A stretch of 63,219 nucleotides of DNA, filler included, from Octopus bimaculoides (GCF_001194135.2; 4 parts of 4 records of this genome joined end to end with filler, not necessarily neighbours in it), one strand, 5' to 3'. Counted from the whole stretch's first letter, positions 1 to 12,360 are shown. The notes: generated by a model not told the origin, from the sequence alone. Translations and numbers: made by a program.

Positions 1-650
1 ATATATATATATGCACATGTGTGTTTATATTTGTACATGTGCCTTACATTTGCATATATGCATATGTGTAAAATATTATAATATCGATATGAATACAATT
101 GACAATGCTAGAAACTGAATAGAATTTCGTTAGAAATGCTTATAGCCACATAGTTTTTAAATTTTTACTATCCCAAAGCAAACATGTTAAAATTTCCAGA
201 TAGAAATCAAATGACATAAGCAATCCAAATTCAGACATATGCTAGCCAACTAACTATTTCATCTATTAACATTATCTTGTGAGCCTTAAAACACAACAGT
301 AACTAAATTTCTATAGAAAGAATCTCATGACCTGAATTTGACTCACCTTATTACAAAATTATTTCCAACAAACATTTCTAACAACAAAATCTTCCAATAA
401 TATCTTTCCATTAACACTAACCCTACAAAGATATTTTCCTCTTATGCTCTTCAATTCCCCTCTCTACACAATGTACATACATCAAACCTAATTATCATTT
501 GACATAGCTCAATATACTACAGAAAAACAACTCACCAGAGACTATATGAAGTCTAAAGGAGCCTAAGTTTTCTTCAGACTGACAAAGGCTAGCAGCCTGA
601 AACTTTGAAGTTACTGTTACCCCTCTTCTTCCAAAAGTATAATTAATATA

Positions 651-1050
651 GGAGCACGAGCAGCAGTGTGGTTAGAAGTTTGCTTTCCAACCACATGGTT
701 CTGGGTTCAGTCCCACTACTTGGGACCTTGGGCAAGTGTCCTCTACTATAGTCCTAGGCTGATCAAAGCCTTGTGAGTGGATTTGGTAGACAGGAACTGA
801 AAGAAGCATATTGTATGTGTGTGTGTCTTTGTGTCTGATTTTGTCCCATATCACTGCTTGACAACTGGTGTTGGTGTATTTATGTCCTCATAACTTAGCA
901 GTTCAGCAAAAGAGACTGATAGAATAAGTACCACACTTTAAAAGAAAAACAGTACTGGAGTTGATTCCTTTGACTATAATTTTTCAAGGCAGCACCCCAG
1001 TCAATAGACTGCAGGTCTATTGACTGGAAAATGTAAAAGACAAAATAAAA
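651..1050 (+). mobile_element. tRNA-derived SINE family A, full length
   Basis: A/B-box-like head (CAGTGTGGTTAG...GGTTCTGGGTTCAGTCCC), central CCTTGGGCAAGTGTC...AAAGCCTTGTGAGTGGATTTGGTAGAC block, tail GACTGGAAAATGTAAAAGA. More than 15 homologous copies in the window. Confidence 0.85.
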
Positions 1051-1063
1051 GATCTATCCATCC

Positions 1064-1301
1064 TAAGTAAACACACCAACATCGGTTGTCAAGCGATATT
1101 TGGGGGGGGGGGCGCAAACACAGACACTCAAACACACACACACATATATACGATGGGCTTCTGTCAGTTTCCATCTACCAAATCCACACACAAGGCCCAA
1201 GGCTAAGGTAGAAGATACTTGCCCAAGGTGTCACACAGTGGGACTGAACCTAGAACAATGTGGCTGGAAAGCAAGCTTCTTACCACACAGCCATTCCTGC
1301 A
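1064..1301 (-). mobile_element. SINE family A, 5' half
   Basis: Reverse complement of the family A head and central block. Confidence 0.8.
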
Positions 1302-1600
1302 CACTCCCACTCCTTCCCACATACTTCACCCCACTCCTACATACCCCACCCCACCCTTGCCTCCCTCACACCCTAACACCACCATACTACATCTTACCAC
1401 ACCACATACCACCACACCACACACCACCACACCACCATACCACACCACACCATATCACACCATCTCACACACACTAGTACTGACCACTTCCCAGCACCCA
1501 CACCATCATCCACACACTTACACATGCACACACACACACACACGCCAAGGTCACCAGCCCCTATCCACAAGCACATACACACTCTCACATACACACGCAT
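1300..1600 (+). repeat. C/A-rich low-complexity tract (CCACAC-like); complementary type at 12990-13140
   Basis: Degenerate CACAC/CCACC repeats. Confidence 0.85.
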
Positions 1601-1679
1601 ATGCATTTTCGTTTTGGGATCACCACTACTTTTTTATTCTCCCCTTCTTCCGAGCTCTCCTGTCTGACCACCTCTGTCT

Positions 1680-1770
1680 GGCATTCACCATGATTGATCG
1701 CTAGTCACTAAACTTTTTTTTAATTTTCTCTTTCTGCTTATTTCTGTGTTCCTTTCTGTTGAAGAGTGTA
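1680..1770 (+). repeat. Truncated copy of the 30849-30990 repeat
   Basis: CATTCACCATGATTGATCG...TTATTTCTGTGTTCCTTTCTGTTGAAGAGTGTA, breaking off inside stem II. Confidence 0.55.
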
Positions 1771-1989
1771 CCACTAAAGTTATGCATTAGATTAATTATT
1801 TCATATTTACATGTTGCTGGAGCAAGTTGACATTCATAAAACAATGACTGATCTCTAAACACCAGTCAAGTAGTAAGTAGTGTGGTTCCTGTTTGGTAGT
1901 CAGGCAAGATTGGAGAGGTAGAGTTATTGGTACAATTAGTGGGAAAGCTTGGACTGCTAGATCAGAAACCAAACATCTTAATACTATTC

Positions 1990-2021
<32 letters not shown>

Positions 2022-2099
2022 AAATACACACTGAGGCAGGCAAAAACAAATAGTCCAAAATAATTATAATAGTGTTAGAAAAGAAATGTAGAAACTCAC

Positions 2100-2335
2100 C
2101 ACCAGATGTGAGGAGTCCCATTGCTAATGATACAATAGTTGCTGCTTCAGCATTTGTACTGGAGAAACTTGCTTTGAGTTCAGGGTACATAACACCCAAA
2201 GATATTGGTACCCCACTGCAAACAAGCACATTGTAGAACAGTGACAAATAAACAATGGAAGCAGCACAGGTCTTACTAGAACAGCAACATTTCCCAATGC
2301 TCTTTGCTTGGACTGGTTCTGAAACCTCAGCAGAT
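2100..2335 (-). CDS. SLC16-like: Coding exon of an SLC16/monocarboxylate-transporter-like MFS protein (TM1-TM2)
   Basis: Translates SAEVSEPVQAKSIGKCCCSSKTCAASIVYLSLFYNVLVCSGVPISLGVMYPELKASFSSTNAEAATIVSLAMGLLTSGG, resembling the MCT N-terminal pattern (SFGVFY.EL..F..S..ET..I.SL..G....GG). Acceptor TCTTATTTTCTTTTCAAAAACAG ends at 2336 (phase 2). Donor GTGAGT at 2099-2094 (phase 1), the position recalled for the intron after TM2 in SLC16 genes. Confidence 0.8.
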
Positions 2336-2829
2336 CTGTTTTTGAAAAGAAAATAAGAGATAGACAAATATAAGAAGGTTAGGAGTCTCAGAATTGGTAA
2401 ACGAGTGAGAAAATTTCACAAATAATTAGTATATTTCTTCCCCCACACTTCCAGCAATAGATTCTGGGGGTCACAAGACCACCAAACTAATAACAGTCTC
2501 TGGAAGAACTATAATAGCCTGGTTCACATTAAGACAAGTTATAACTAACTGGTTAGAGATTATCTTCTGGAGACACAATAAGTTATAATGAAAAGCCTAT
2601 AGATTAATATATAAGAAACAAATATTTTTAATGCTGTTGGTAGGAACACTGTATTTCATTTGACAACCATAATATACTATCAAGTTCATTAAGGGTTTAT
2701 AAGTTAACACTGTGTCCTACTTTTGTGTTAGCATTGTGTTGTTTTCAATTTTAAGTTTATCTCTACAGATTTTCAATAGAATTTAGAGCCAGCAATGAAA
2801 GTTATGCTGTTCTGTATACAAATACGTTT

Positions 2830-3077
2830 ATGTAAACAATGCAATTGAAGATATAAAAATAGGTAAAGGGTGCATATTTCAGGAGTTATTGCTTCTTCTT
2901 CAACAACACAGTTGGTTTATCCAATAGTGTTACACTGCTAAACTTAGTGAGTATTTAAGAGATGTATTCATGGATAGTTAGTAGGTTGGATGTGGTGCTG
3001 AAGACGGAGCAATAACTCCTGAAATATGTATATACACCCATAACCTATTTTTATATCTTCTATCACATTGTTTACAT
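2830..3077. repeat. Inverted repeat (~75-80-bp arms) carrying the hammerhead; probable Penelope-like pLTR remnant
   Basis: 2830-2904 aligns to the reverse complement of 2997-3077 (GAAGATATAAAAATAGGT...CATATTTCAGGAGTTATTGCT). Confidence 0.75.
2990..3041 (+). ncRNA. Type I minimal hammerhead ribozyme fold (Penelope-like pLTR type)
   Basis: Stem I GGTG(2994-2997)/CACC(3035-3038); core CTGAAGA 2998-3004; stem II (C)GGAG-CAATAA-CTCC(T); GAAA 3021-3024; near-palindromic stem III ATATGTATAT; cleavage dinucleotide TA 3033-3034. Confidence 0.7.
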
Positions 3078-3175
3078 AGATGTATTTGTAGACATGTATG
3101 TATGTATGTATGTATGTATGTATGTTTGTATGTATGTATGTATGTATGTTTGTATGTATGTACGTATGTATGTCC

Positions 3176-4740
3176 TTATTCAATTTTATTTCAAAATTTC
3201 TTGCCAATAAAGAGTTGGTTTCTAACCTAGATGCAAGGGTCCTTCATTGGAATTTCAACAACCTCAACAGGGCATTTTTGTATGTATATATGTATATATA
3301 TATATGCAGATTTGTATATGTGTTGATTTATGTATGTATTTTCATGCACATAGTCACATGTCTAGACATGTTCATATATACTTAAATGATAAACTTCTGG
3401 AAAGTTTTACAGATTTTTACAGTTCCAATGATGGCTTGGATCTGTAGTCTTCAAATCAGCTTTCTCCTTTCTGGTTTTGAAAAGCCTAATTTCTCAAGAT
3501 TGGTATTTAGGCACTGTGTTACATATCCCAGCGTCCCAGTAATTACAGGTATAAACCTAAACTTGTAATCTGGATAGAATAACTGCAGATTTCATAATAG
3601 TTCAGCATAGGTATTCTCTTTTTAACTGATCTTCAGCTTTATATTAACATCCACTGGGCAATTGATTTCCACAACTGTACACAGTTTCTCTTCTCTATCC
3701 CAAATCATTATATCAGGTCTATTATGTTTACATTTTATTGAAGTTTTCACCAGGACGTTTCACCAATAATCCTTTTTATTATGAGTGGCTGTGGCTTCTA
3801 CCATACTGTGGGTTCTTATTTCTTTGTCCTTGGGGGTTGTCCTGACAGATTTCATTATGTTGTGTCCTAGCTACTGTCTTAGCAGTAGATAATATTGTGA
3901 TGACATTTTCAGACAACTGCTTATGATGTGGGTGATACCTTTGGTGTTAATTCTACAAAGTCTGCATCAATTGTTACATTTTACTGCTTTCCCTGCATCT
4001 CTGTCCCTTTTGTGCATCAGATATTTGGTTGATATTTACTGTTCCTGGATTGTAAACACATACCATTCAAAGTGGGAGGTAGTAATCCGGTTGTTGGTCC
4101 ATGACAAATTGCTTTGATGATCAACGTTACTATCATCTCAGAGCTTTCTGCTAACATATGCATGCATGGTCTTCTGCTCATATACACTCATCCTTTCATC
4201 TGATGATATGTTGTGGTAGAGTCATGTGACTTTTTGGGGCATGTATTTAAGGTTATCAGACAAGGAATGCTGCTCAAGGAGCTGCCTTCTAAGTCTTATG
4301 ATGTTATCAGCCTCATGTATGCAAACTTGGTCAAGGGATGCAGTTTGACACTTGGTAGTTAAAAGACGCTGCCAAAGAGATATTATACGACATTCAAAGG
4401 CAGTTTGGATTGATGTTAAGCTTCTACTTTCTCGTTTTCATTTTAGGTAGGGACAATCTACATCACTGCTGGTGTGGGAATTATGTGCGCTTGTTAGTAT
4501 CTTCCAGGTTTTCACATCAATGACTTGAATTTCATCAAGCATCCAATCAAACAGCCCAAATGTTGGTTGGTATGAGTACTGGCACTGCAAACACATTGTG
4601 GGCTACTGTTTTATTGACTGCAGAGAGTTCCGAGGTCCAAATTCTCTTTATTCAGCTGTTATATTTAATATTGTATCTGGTGGGTTTTTTTTTTACTTAC
4701 TTTGGTAGAGAATACTCTCTCCTCAAGGGACTACTTCAAA
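3176..4740 (-). mobile_element. 5'-truncated R4/Dong-type non-LTR retrotransposon (RT C-terminus, zinc knuckle, restriction-like endonuclease, 3'UTR), family 1
   Basis: Decayed FAVPVLIP and KHNRPDIMIWDREEK..VVEI..P...FQKFII* motifs; 3' end abuts (TATG)n at 3094-3175. Confidence 0.8.
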
Positions 4741-5713
4741 GCCAAAGTTATTTTTTCTCGGATAATTAAATTGATCCAAGTCTTATGGATCTCCTTTTTA
4801 TTTTGAAAAACTATGCTAGCCAAGATCCAACATGATGTACAAATAAGGTGACAGCCAAGACTATAATTATTGCCTCAATCAGTCAATCAGTCTATTTGTC
4901 TNNNNNNNNNNNNNNNNNNNNNNNNNNNNNNNNNNNNNNNNNNNNNNNNNNNNNNNNNNNNNNNNNNNNNNNNNNNNNNNNNNNNNNNNNNNNNNNNNNN
5001 NNNNNNNNNNNNNNNNNNNNNNNNNNNNNNNNNNNNNNNNNNNNNNNNNNNNNNNNNNNNNNNNNNNNNNNNNNNNNNNNNNNNNNNNNNNNNNNNNNNN
5101 NNNNNNNNNNNNNNNNNNNNNNNNNNNNNNNNNNNNNNNNNNNNNNNNNNNNNNNNNNNNNNNNNNNNNNNNNNNNNNNNNNNNNNNNNNNNNNNNNNNN
5201 NNNNNNNNNNNNNNNNNNNCTCACACTCCACCCCCACCCCCACCCCCACACCCATTTCTCACACTATAAAGACAAATGTGACACTGAGCAGAAGGAATTA
5301 TTCTGCTTTTTTGATATGATAATAAATTCAATGTATTTTGGAGCTGCAGCTGGCATGTCATCAAACTTTGTCCTGTGTCAGTACATATATTAAGGCTGAA
5401 AGTTATACCCATGAAAATCTAACCAATTTACTGAGTTTATTCAGGGAGTTTCAAGTCTGAATTTGCTGTGATATAATGAATCAGAAAAAAATTGCTTCTT
5501 AATACATAGATAATTAATATTTATAGTATTTGTTTGAGTCAGCACTCTATACCTTGTCTAGGGAACAGTCCATGGTGTTTTATATAACTATTTTCTTCTT
5601 AGAATGAAACCTGTTAATAGAAGGAATTGTTCTTTGCTAAAGTTTTGAATGACAGTATTTGAATAATTATAATTTCTAAATTCACAGATAATGGGCATAT
5701 ATAGTATTCTTCT

Positions 5714-6110
5714 ATTCTTTTACTTGTTTCAGTTATAAGACTGTGGCCATGCTAAAGCGCTGCCTTGAAGGGTTTCAGTTGAACAAATCAACTGCAAGAC
5801 TTATTTTTTATAGCCTAGTACTTATTCTATTGGTCTCTTATGCTGAACCACTAAGTTATGGGGATGTAAACATACAAACACTGGTTGTAAAGCAGTGGTG
5901 GGGGACAAACACAGACACAAAAACACATGCATAGATATATATACTCATACACATGGTGGGATTCTTTCAGTTTCTGTCTACCAAATCCACTCATAAGGCT
6001 TTGGTCAGCATGAGGTTATAATAAAAGACACTTGCCCAAGGTGCCACGCAGTGGGACTGAACTTGGAATCATGTGGTTGGGAAGCAAGCTTCTTAACACA
6101 CAACCACACC
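5714..6110 (-). mobile_element. SINE family A, full length
   Basis: TTCTTTTACTTGTTTCAG tail through CCAAATCCACTC...GGGACTGAAC head. Confidence 0.85.
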
Positions 6111-6471
6111 TAAGATTTTTATTACTGTTCTATGTAAATGAAAAATATGATTATCAAGTTAAGAAAAAATATAATTTTGAGTCACAAGAAATTTTACAGA
6201 ACCGGTCGAGAGTATTTGAAATAACTAAATCACAAAAGAGGAAAATGTGATACACAGCAGTTATATATATATATACACGCACGTCTGTCAGATTGTATTG
6301 TAAATATATTATCCTGTCAGATTATAAATATGTTGTGTAGCAAACAATAAACAATGTTCCTTTAAACTTATTTCATTTGACAAGGACAAGATTTGGGCAT
6401 GACCTAGTCAATCTTTAAAAGAAAAAACAAACAGCAGTTGTATCGTTGTACCAGTGGCAAACAAAAACTTA

Positions 6472-7322
6472 TAAGGTGGTATCAAAAAGTTCCCAGACTA
6501 GTTTTGTAGCATGCCAACAGATAGCAGTATATGTGTGTGTGCACAGTGAGAGATAGCAGTGACCTTCATGAATCAGTGTGCCAAGTGACATTGCAGTGTT
6601 TACCTTGCAAGTTGTGAAATTTGTGTTCTTGTGATCATGTGTATGCTGTAGTCTGTGATTTTGTCACGGACAAGAAGTTGGAATAAAGAGCTAATGTGAA
6701 ATTTTGCCTTAAACTTGGGAAGTCTGCTACAGAGACATTGAGCATGCTTCAGCAAGCTTATGGTGATGAGGCAATGGGTCGTATGGAAGACCTGCCATGA
6801 CCGTCACCTTTGGAAATGTGGAGAAAATTCATCAGCTTGTGCATGAGGATCATTGGAGGACAATCAATAACATTTTGAAGCATTTGAGGGAGGACATTCA
6901 GCAAAAGCTACTGGATCAGTGGAATACAAAGAATTGGGTTCTTCCTGACAACAATGTACCTTGTCACCGAACTCTCCACACTTGTGAGTTTATTGCCAAA
7001 AACAACATGGTATCATTTCTGCACCTGCCCTATTCACCAGATTTAGCACCCTGTGGACTTCCATCTCTTCCCCAAATGGAAAATGCAGCTCAAAGGTCAC
7101 TGTTTTAAAACCATTGTTGAGATCAATAGTGAATTACAGAAGGTCCTCGACTCATTTACAGAAAGCAACTTCCAGGTTGGATTCCAAAAGTGACAGGAAT
7201 GCTGGGACCAGTGTATTGCTGCACAAGGTCACTATTTCAAAAGAGATGATGTGAAAACTTGGATAAATAAGTTCTTTTTTTATTAAACATAACTAGTCCG
7301 GGGACTTTTTAATACCACCTCA
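6472..7322 (+). mobile_element. Internally deleted mariner element with TIRs and TA TSD
   Basis: TIRs TAAGGTGGTATCAAAAAGTTCCCAGACTAGTT / AACTAGTCCGGGGACTTTTTAATACCACCTCA; TA at 6470-6471 and 7323-7324; ORF with DNNVPCH and YSPDLAPC. Confidence 0.9.
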
Positions 7323-7450
7323 TAATTCAGTTAAATACATTTTGTCTTCAGAAATGTAACCATTTAGTTTAGAAATTATATTATATCTATTTCCTAATAG
7401 TTGGGTCACAAAAGTAAAAAGTACGTAAAAGGGGAATTTTAATTGATGTT

Positions 7451-8699
7451 CGAGTGATGTTCATTAATGATTTCCCCTGATCCACATCTCAAGGTCTAGG
7501 ATAAATGAAACTTGGCATAATCATTAGTCCTTCACTATGTAACAACCACCAATGGTAACACACTTCTCCTATTGCTTTATGCAGCTGTGAAGGCCTTGTC
7601 TGAAGAAGTCAGTAGGTTGCATCTGGAAATAAGTTCATCATCATCTGAGAAGTGCTTTCCCTTCAAAAAAGACTTCATGATCGGAAACAGGTGGAAGTCA
7701 GATGGTGCATGGTTGGGAGAGTAAGGGGAATGGGTAAGGATTTCATAGCTGCAGGAGTGTGCTTTCATCTGGGCAACATGTGCATTGTGAACTGGGGCAT
7801 TGTCTTGGAGGAGGTAGATTCCTTTGATCAGCCTGCCACACCTGTCTGCTTTGATGGCATCCTGCAATTTCTGCAGCAGAGAAGCATAATATTCCCCCAT
7901 TAATTATGGTGCCCTTTGCCAGAAAATCCATCATCACTATTCCATGCTGGTCCCAAGGAACTGCGAGCATCACCTTGCCTGCTGAGTGTTGGACATGAGC
8001 CTTCTTTGGAGGTGCTAAGTTAACATGCTGCCATTGCTTTGACTGGACTTTAGTCTCAGGATCATAGTGATGGACCCATGTTTCATCCTGTGTGATAAGT
8101 CTGCTGAAAAAGTCCTCCTCATTTTCTTGGCACATTGCCAAAAGAGTTTGGGAGCAATTGACTCATTCCTGCTTCTGAAAAGGTCTGAGCATTCGGGGAA
8201 TCCATTGTGCAGACAACTTCTGCATGTGCAAATCGTCATGAATGATTTTTCCCTACACTTATCTTCACTTCTTGGGCTGGTTGCCAGATACTTATACAGC
8301 AATCCTCCGAAATGGTAGCTTCCATTTTTGGATGATGTTGTCATCAATGGCTGGAATAGGAACAGTTTCCACTGATGTTCAACCACATTTGAACTGGGGA
8401 TGCCAGTGCTTGACTACGTCATATGATGGTGTATCATCATCATAAACTTCTTTCATCTCGCCGAGAATCTCTTTTGTTTGACCTTTCAAATATAAGAACC
8501 TAGTCGTTGATCTGCATTCAACTGCCTCCATTATAACACCTTAGTCCACTTCAGCATCAGTAAAAGACAAACAAATATTAGTGGAAAGCTGCAATTTACT
8601 ATGTGACATGTAGAGATATATATGATTATAACTGTACAAGTTCTGTTTCCTGCAATAACTAGAAGTAGGTCAAGGGAAATCTTTAATGAACAGCCCTTG
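7451..8699 (-). mobile_element. Full-length decayed mariner element (~1.25 kb)
   Basis: TQDETWVHHYDPETK, LLQDNAPVH and YSPNHAPSDFHLF motifs across frameshifts; TIRs CGAGTGATGTTCATTAATGATTTCCCCTGA / TCAAGGGAAATCTTTAATGAACAGCCCTTG then TA. Confidence 0.9.
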
Positions 8700-10244
8700 T
8701 ATTTACTATAGCAACTAGGTCACTGCCTGTTGCTATGCTGCTGGTAAAAATATTTGTTAATCATGAACATACCTTCATGAATTGTTCAAAGTGAAAGTCT
8801 TTTTTGTAAAGTCTATGTTGCATTGTCTCTATGTTGAAAGACAGAAAAACACAAATACACAAACAACCCAAGTAAAATAACTGTATATATATATATATAT
8901 ATATNNNNNNNNNNNNNNNNNNNNNNNNNNNNNNNNNNNNNNNNNNNNNNNNNNNNNNNNNNNNNNNNNNNNNNNNNNNNNNNNNNNNNNNNNNNNNNNN
9001 NNNNNNNNNNNNNNNNNNNNNNNNNNNNNNNNNNNNNNNNNNNNNNNNNNNNNNNNNNNNNNNNNNNNNNNNNNNNNNNNNNNNNNNNNNNNNNNNNNNN
9101 NNNNNNNNNNNNNNNNNNNNNNNNNNNNNNNNNNNNNNNNNNNNNNNNNNNNNNNNNNNNNNNNNNNNNNNNNNNNNNNNNNNNNNNNNNNNNNNNNNNN
9201 NNNNNNNNNNNNNNNNNNNNNNNNNNNNNNNNNNNNNNNNNNNNNNNNNNNNNNNNNNNNNNNNNNNNNNNNNNNNNNNNNNNNNNNNNNNNNNNNNNNN
9301 NNNNNNNNNNNNNNNNNNNNNNNNNNNNNNNNNNNNNNNNNNNNNNNNNNNNNNNNNNNNNNNNNNNNNNNNNNNNNNNNNNNNNNNNNNNNNNNNNNNN
9401 NNNNNNNNNNNNNNNNNNNNNNNNNNNNNNNNNNNNNNNNNNNNNNNNNNNNNNNNNNNNNNNNNNNNNNNNNNNNNNNNNNNNNNNNNNNNNNNNNNNN
9501 NNNNNNNNNNNNNNNNNNNNNNNNNNNNNNNNNNNNNNNNNNNNNNNNNNNNNNNNNNNNNNNNNNNNNNNNNNNNNNNNNNNNNNNNNNNNNNNNNNNN
9601 TATATATATATATATATATATGTATGCATATATCCTGTCTTGTTTTAAGTCTCTGTTACGCTCAAAATTCTCGCATTTCTTCCTTCATTCATTATGCCTA
9701 GCTCTCACCCCTTGCCTTGCTCTCACCCCTTGCCTTGCTCTCACTCCCCTGTTCCTCTGTATCATTGCTACTCGGTAACCCCTCCAACTCTATATATACC
9801 CAGGTCTTTCGCCACTTACTCTCACTCATTAATCGCACTCCATTCGCAATATACTGCCACTTACATTATGGCATTTGAAACTCAAGGGTATGACCTAGCA
9901 CTTGCCACCATCGATATCTCTCTCTTCCTTTACTCAACCATCTCATTTATACTGTGATCCCCATTCCTTGTGAGTATGCCTGGCATTTTACCATCATCTC
10001 CATCCTGTGATCTCCCACTCTCTCTCTTTCTTTCTCCTGCACTTCCCCCAGATTTGGCAACCATGTACTTTCTTTGTGGTAGCACTCCTGTTTCTGTCTT
10101 CATTCCTGATCTTTCTCTCTCCGGCCAAGTAACCTTGTAATTCCACTCTAGCAAGACAGCTGTATCTGTCTCACTATAACCTTTTCATCATCACCTCGTC
10201 CAATGCCTCCTTCCCTCTTAAACATTTTTGTCTTGCAAGTACGT

Positions 10245-10580
10245 GGTGACCCTGTCAGTGCAGGTGCCACTTAAAAGCACCCAGTCCACACTATAAAGTG
10301 GTTGGTGTTTGGAAGGGCATCCAGCTGTAAAAAACCTTGCTAACACTGACCTCGCCTGTGCTTGTGCCACACAAAAAGCACTGCTTACCTTCCTTGTACT
10401 TGTGCCACATAAAAAGCACTAAGTCCACTCTGCTGAGTGGTTGGTGTTAGGAAGGGCATTCAGCTGTAAAAATATTGCCAAAACAGTCACAGAAGTCTGG
10501 TGCAGGCTTCGGCCCAGGTGGCACTTGTGGTACTGTCAGACCAATGCTACCATGGAACACGGACGTTAAATGATGATGAC
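10245..10580 (+). mobile_element. RTE 3'UTR-derived repeat
   Basis: AAAAGCACCCAG...GGAAGGGCATCCAGCTGTA...GGACGTTAAATGATGATG, homologous to 46511-47105; internal duplication. Confidence 0.8.
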
Positions 10581-10604
10581 ACACACACACACACACAGGT
10601 ATAT

Positions 10605-11032
10605 ATACAGGGTGCAATGGGTAAATTGTCGCCATTTTATATTATTAATTTCATGAATTGTTTGTTTTTGATTTTGCTGACTACACAGTATAGTAGGGTC
10701 AGTTGGGCACCACCTGTAAGAGAAACAGCACTATGACACAATTCACTCTGCCAGAAATTTGGTAATGACATGCTGTACTGCTTAGCATTCATACCAGAAG
10801 CTCCAATACAAACAAATGGTGAACACACAGAACAATCATTGGCTTGCTGTGTCCCTAAAACATGATAAAAACCAAATATCCAGTCAACATCATAGTGTTT
10901 GGAGTGATCACTAGTGATGGCAACGTTATGCCTCCATTCATCTTCTCATACAGCCAACATCAAGTGCCTGGAGAGGGTAGTGCTGCCTTGGGTCAATAGA
11001 GTGGCTGCTGGAAGACCCTATGTCTGGCAACA
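10605..11032 (+). mobile_element. Tc1/mariner fragment, maT/DD37D-like
   Basis: TA-CAGGGTG terminus; KTKYPVNIIVFGVITSDGNVMPPFIF and LERVVLPWVNRVAAGRPYVWQ. Confidence 0.7.
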
Positions 11033-11142
11033 TGTTTAAATATTTAAAAATTTAGGATAAAATCTATAGATGATATTATGTAGCTAAGCCTGTGTACTTA
11101 CTCGCTTGTCCTTAATAAAAAATTATATATATATATATATAT

Positions 11143-11207
11143 AGGCACAGGTGTGGCTGCATGGTATAGGCACATGCATGGCTGTGTGGTAAGAAGCTTG
11201 CTTCCGG
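11143..11207 (+). mobile_element. SINE family A head fragment (duplicated)
   Basis: GGCACAGGTGTGGCTG...GGCACATGCATGGCTGTGTGGTAAGAAGCTTGCTTCC. Confidence 0.55.
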
Positions 11208-11359
11208 TGAACCAGAGTGGACGTGAGTTTGTTGCGCTCAGTTCATTGAAAGGAAAAACAAACAAAAACAGAGAAGGTCGGCGAGGTAGGTGATTTTGTT
11301 TTATCTGAGCTGGGCGTAATTTCGCCTACTCTTGGTGGCTGCTGTTTTTGTATATTGCA

Positions 11360-12360
11360 TCTTTTCATCTGATGATATGTTGTGGTAGAGTCATGTGACT
11401 TTTTGGGGAATGTATTTAAGGTTATCAGACAAAGAATGCTGCTCAAGGAGCTGCCTTCTAAGTCTTATGATGTTATCAGCTTCATGTATGCAAACTTGGT
11501 CTAGAGATGCACTTTGACACTTAAAAGGCACTGCCAAAGAGATATTATACGACATTCAAAGGCAGTTTGGATTGGTGTTAAGACTCTACTTTCTCGTTTT
11601 CATTTTAGGTAGGGACAGTCTACATCACCTTCATTGGAATTTCAATATCAACAAGGTATTTCTGCATGTATCTGTTTATATGTGCAGTATTTGGAATCAG
11701 TGCATGTGCAGATCTGGATGTTTTGTTGTATGTATGTATTTTCATGCGTATAAGTTTCATGTCTAGACATGTGCATATATACTTAAATGATAAACTTCTG
11801 GAAAGGCTTACAGATTTTTACAGTTCCAGTGATGGCTTGGATCTGTAGTCTTCAAATCAGCTTTCTCCTTTCTGCCTAATTTCTCAAGATTGGTACTTAG
11901 GCAGTGTGCTACATATCCCAATGTCCCAATAATTATTGCTATAAACCTGAATTTGTGATGTGGGGTAGAATAACCGCATATTTCTCAATAGTTCAGTGTA
12001 GGTATTTTCTTTTTGCTGGGCAACCAATTTCCACTACTGTACACAGTGTCTCTTCTCTATCCTAAATAATTATGTCAGGTCTCTTATGTTTACATTTTAT
12101 TGAGGTCTTAGTTGGGACATTCCACTCGTACTCCTTCTTATTATGAGCAGCTATGGCCTGTACCATACTATGGGCTTTTATTTCTTTGGCCTCAAGATTA
12201 TTCTTCTGACAGATTGCATTATACAGTATCTTGGATAAAACACCATGTCTCATCAGTAGATAATACTGTGATGACATTTTTGGACAACTGCTTATGATGT
12301 GGGTGATATCTTTGGAGTTAATTCCACAAAGTCTGCATCAGTTATAGCATTTTGGATTAT
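11360..12360 (-). mobile_element. R4/Dong family 1 fragments in permuted order
   Basis: 11360-11620 matches ~4190-4460; 11630-12360 matches ~3240-3980; ORF 12062-12277 ends KCKHKRPDIII. Confidence 0.75.
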
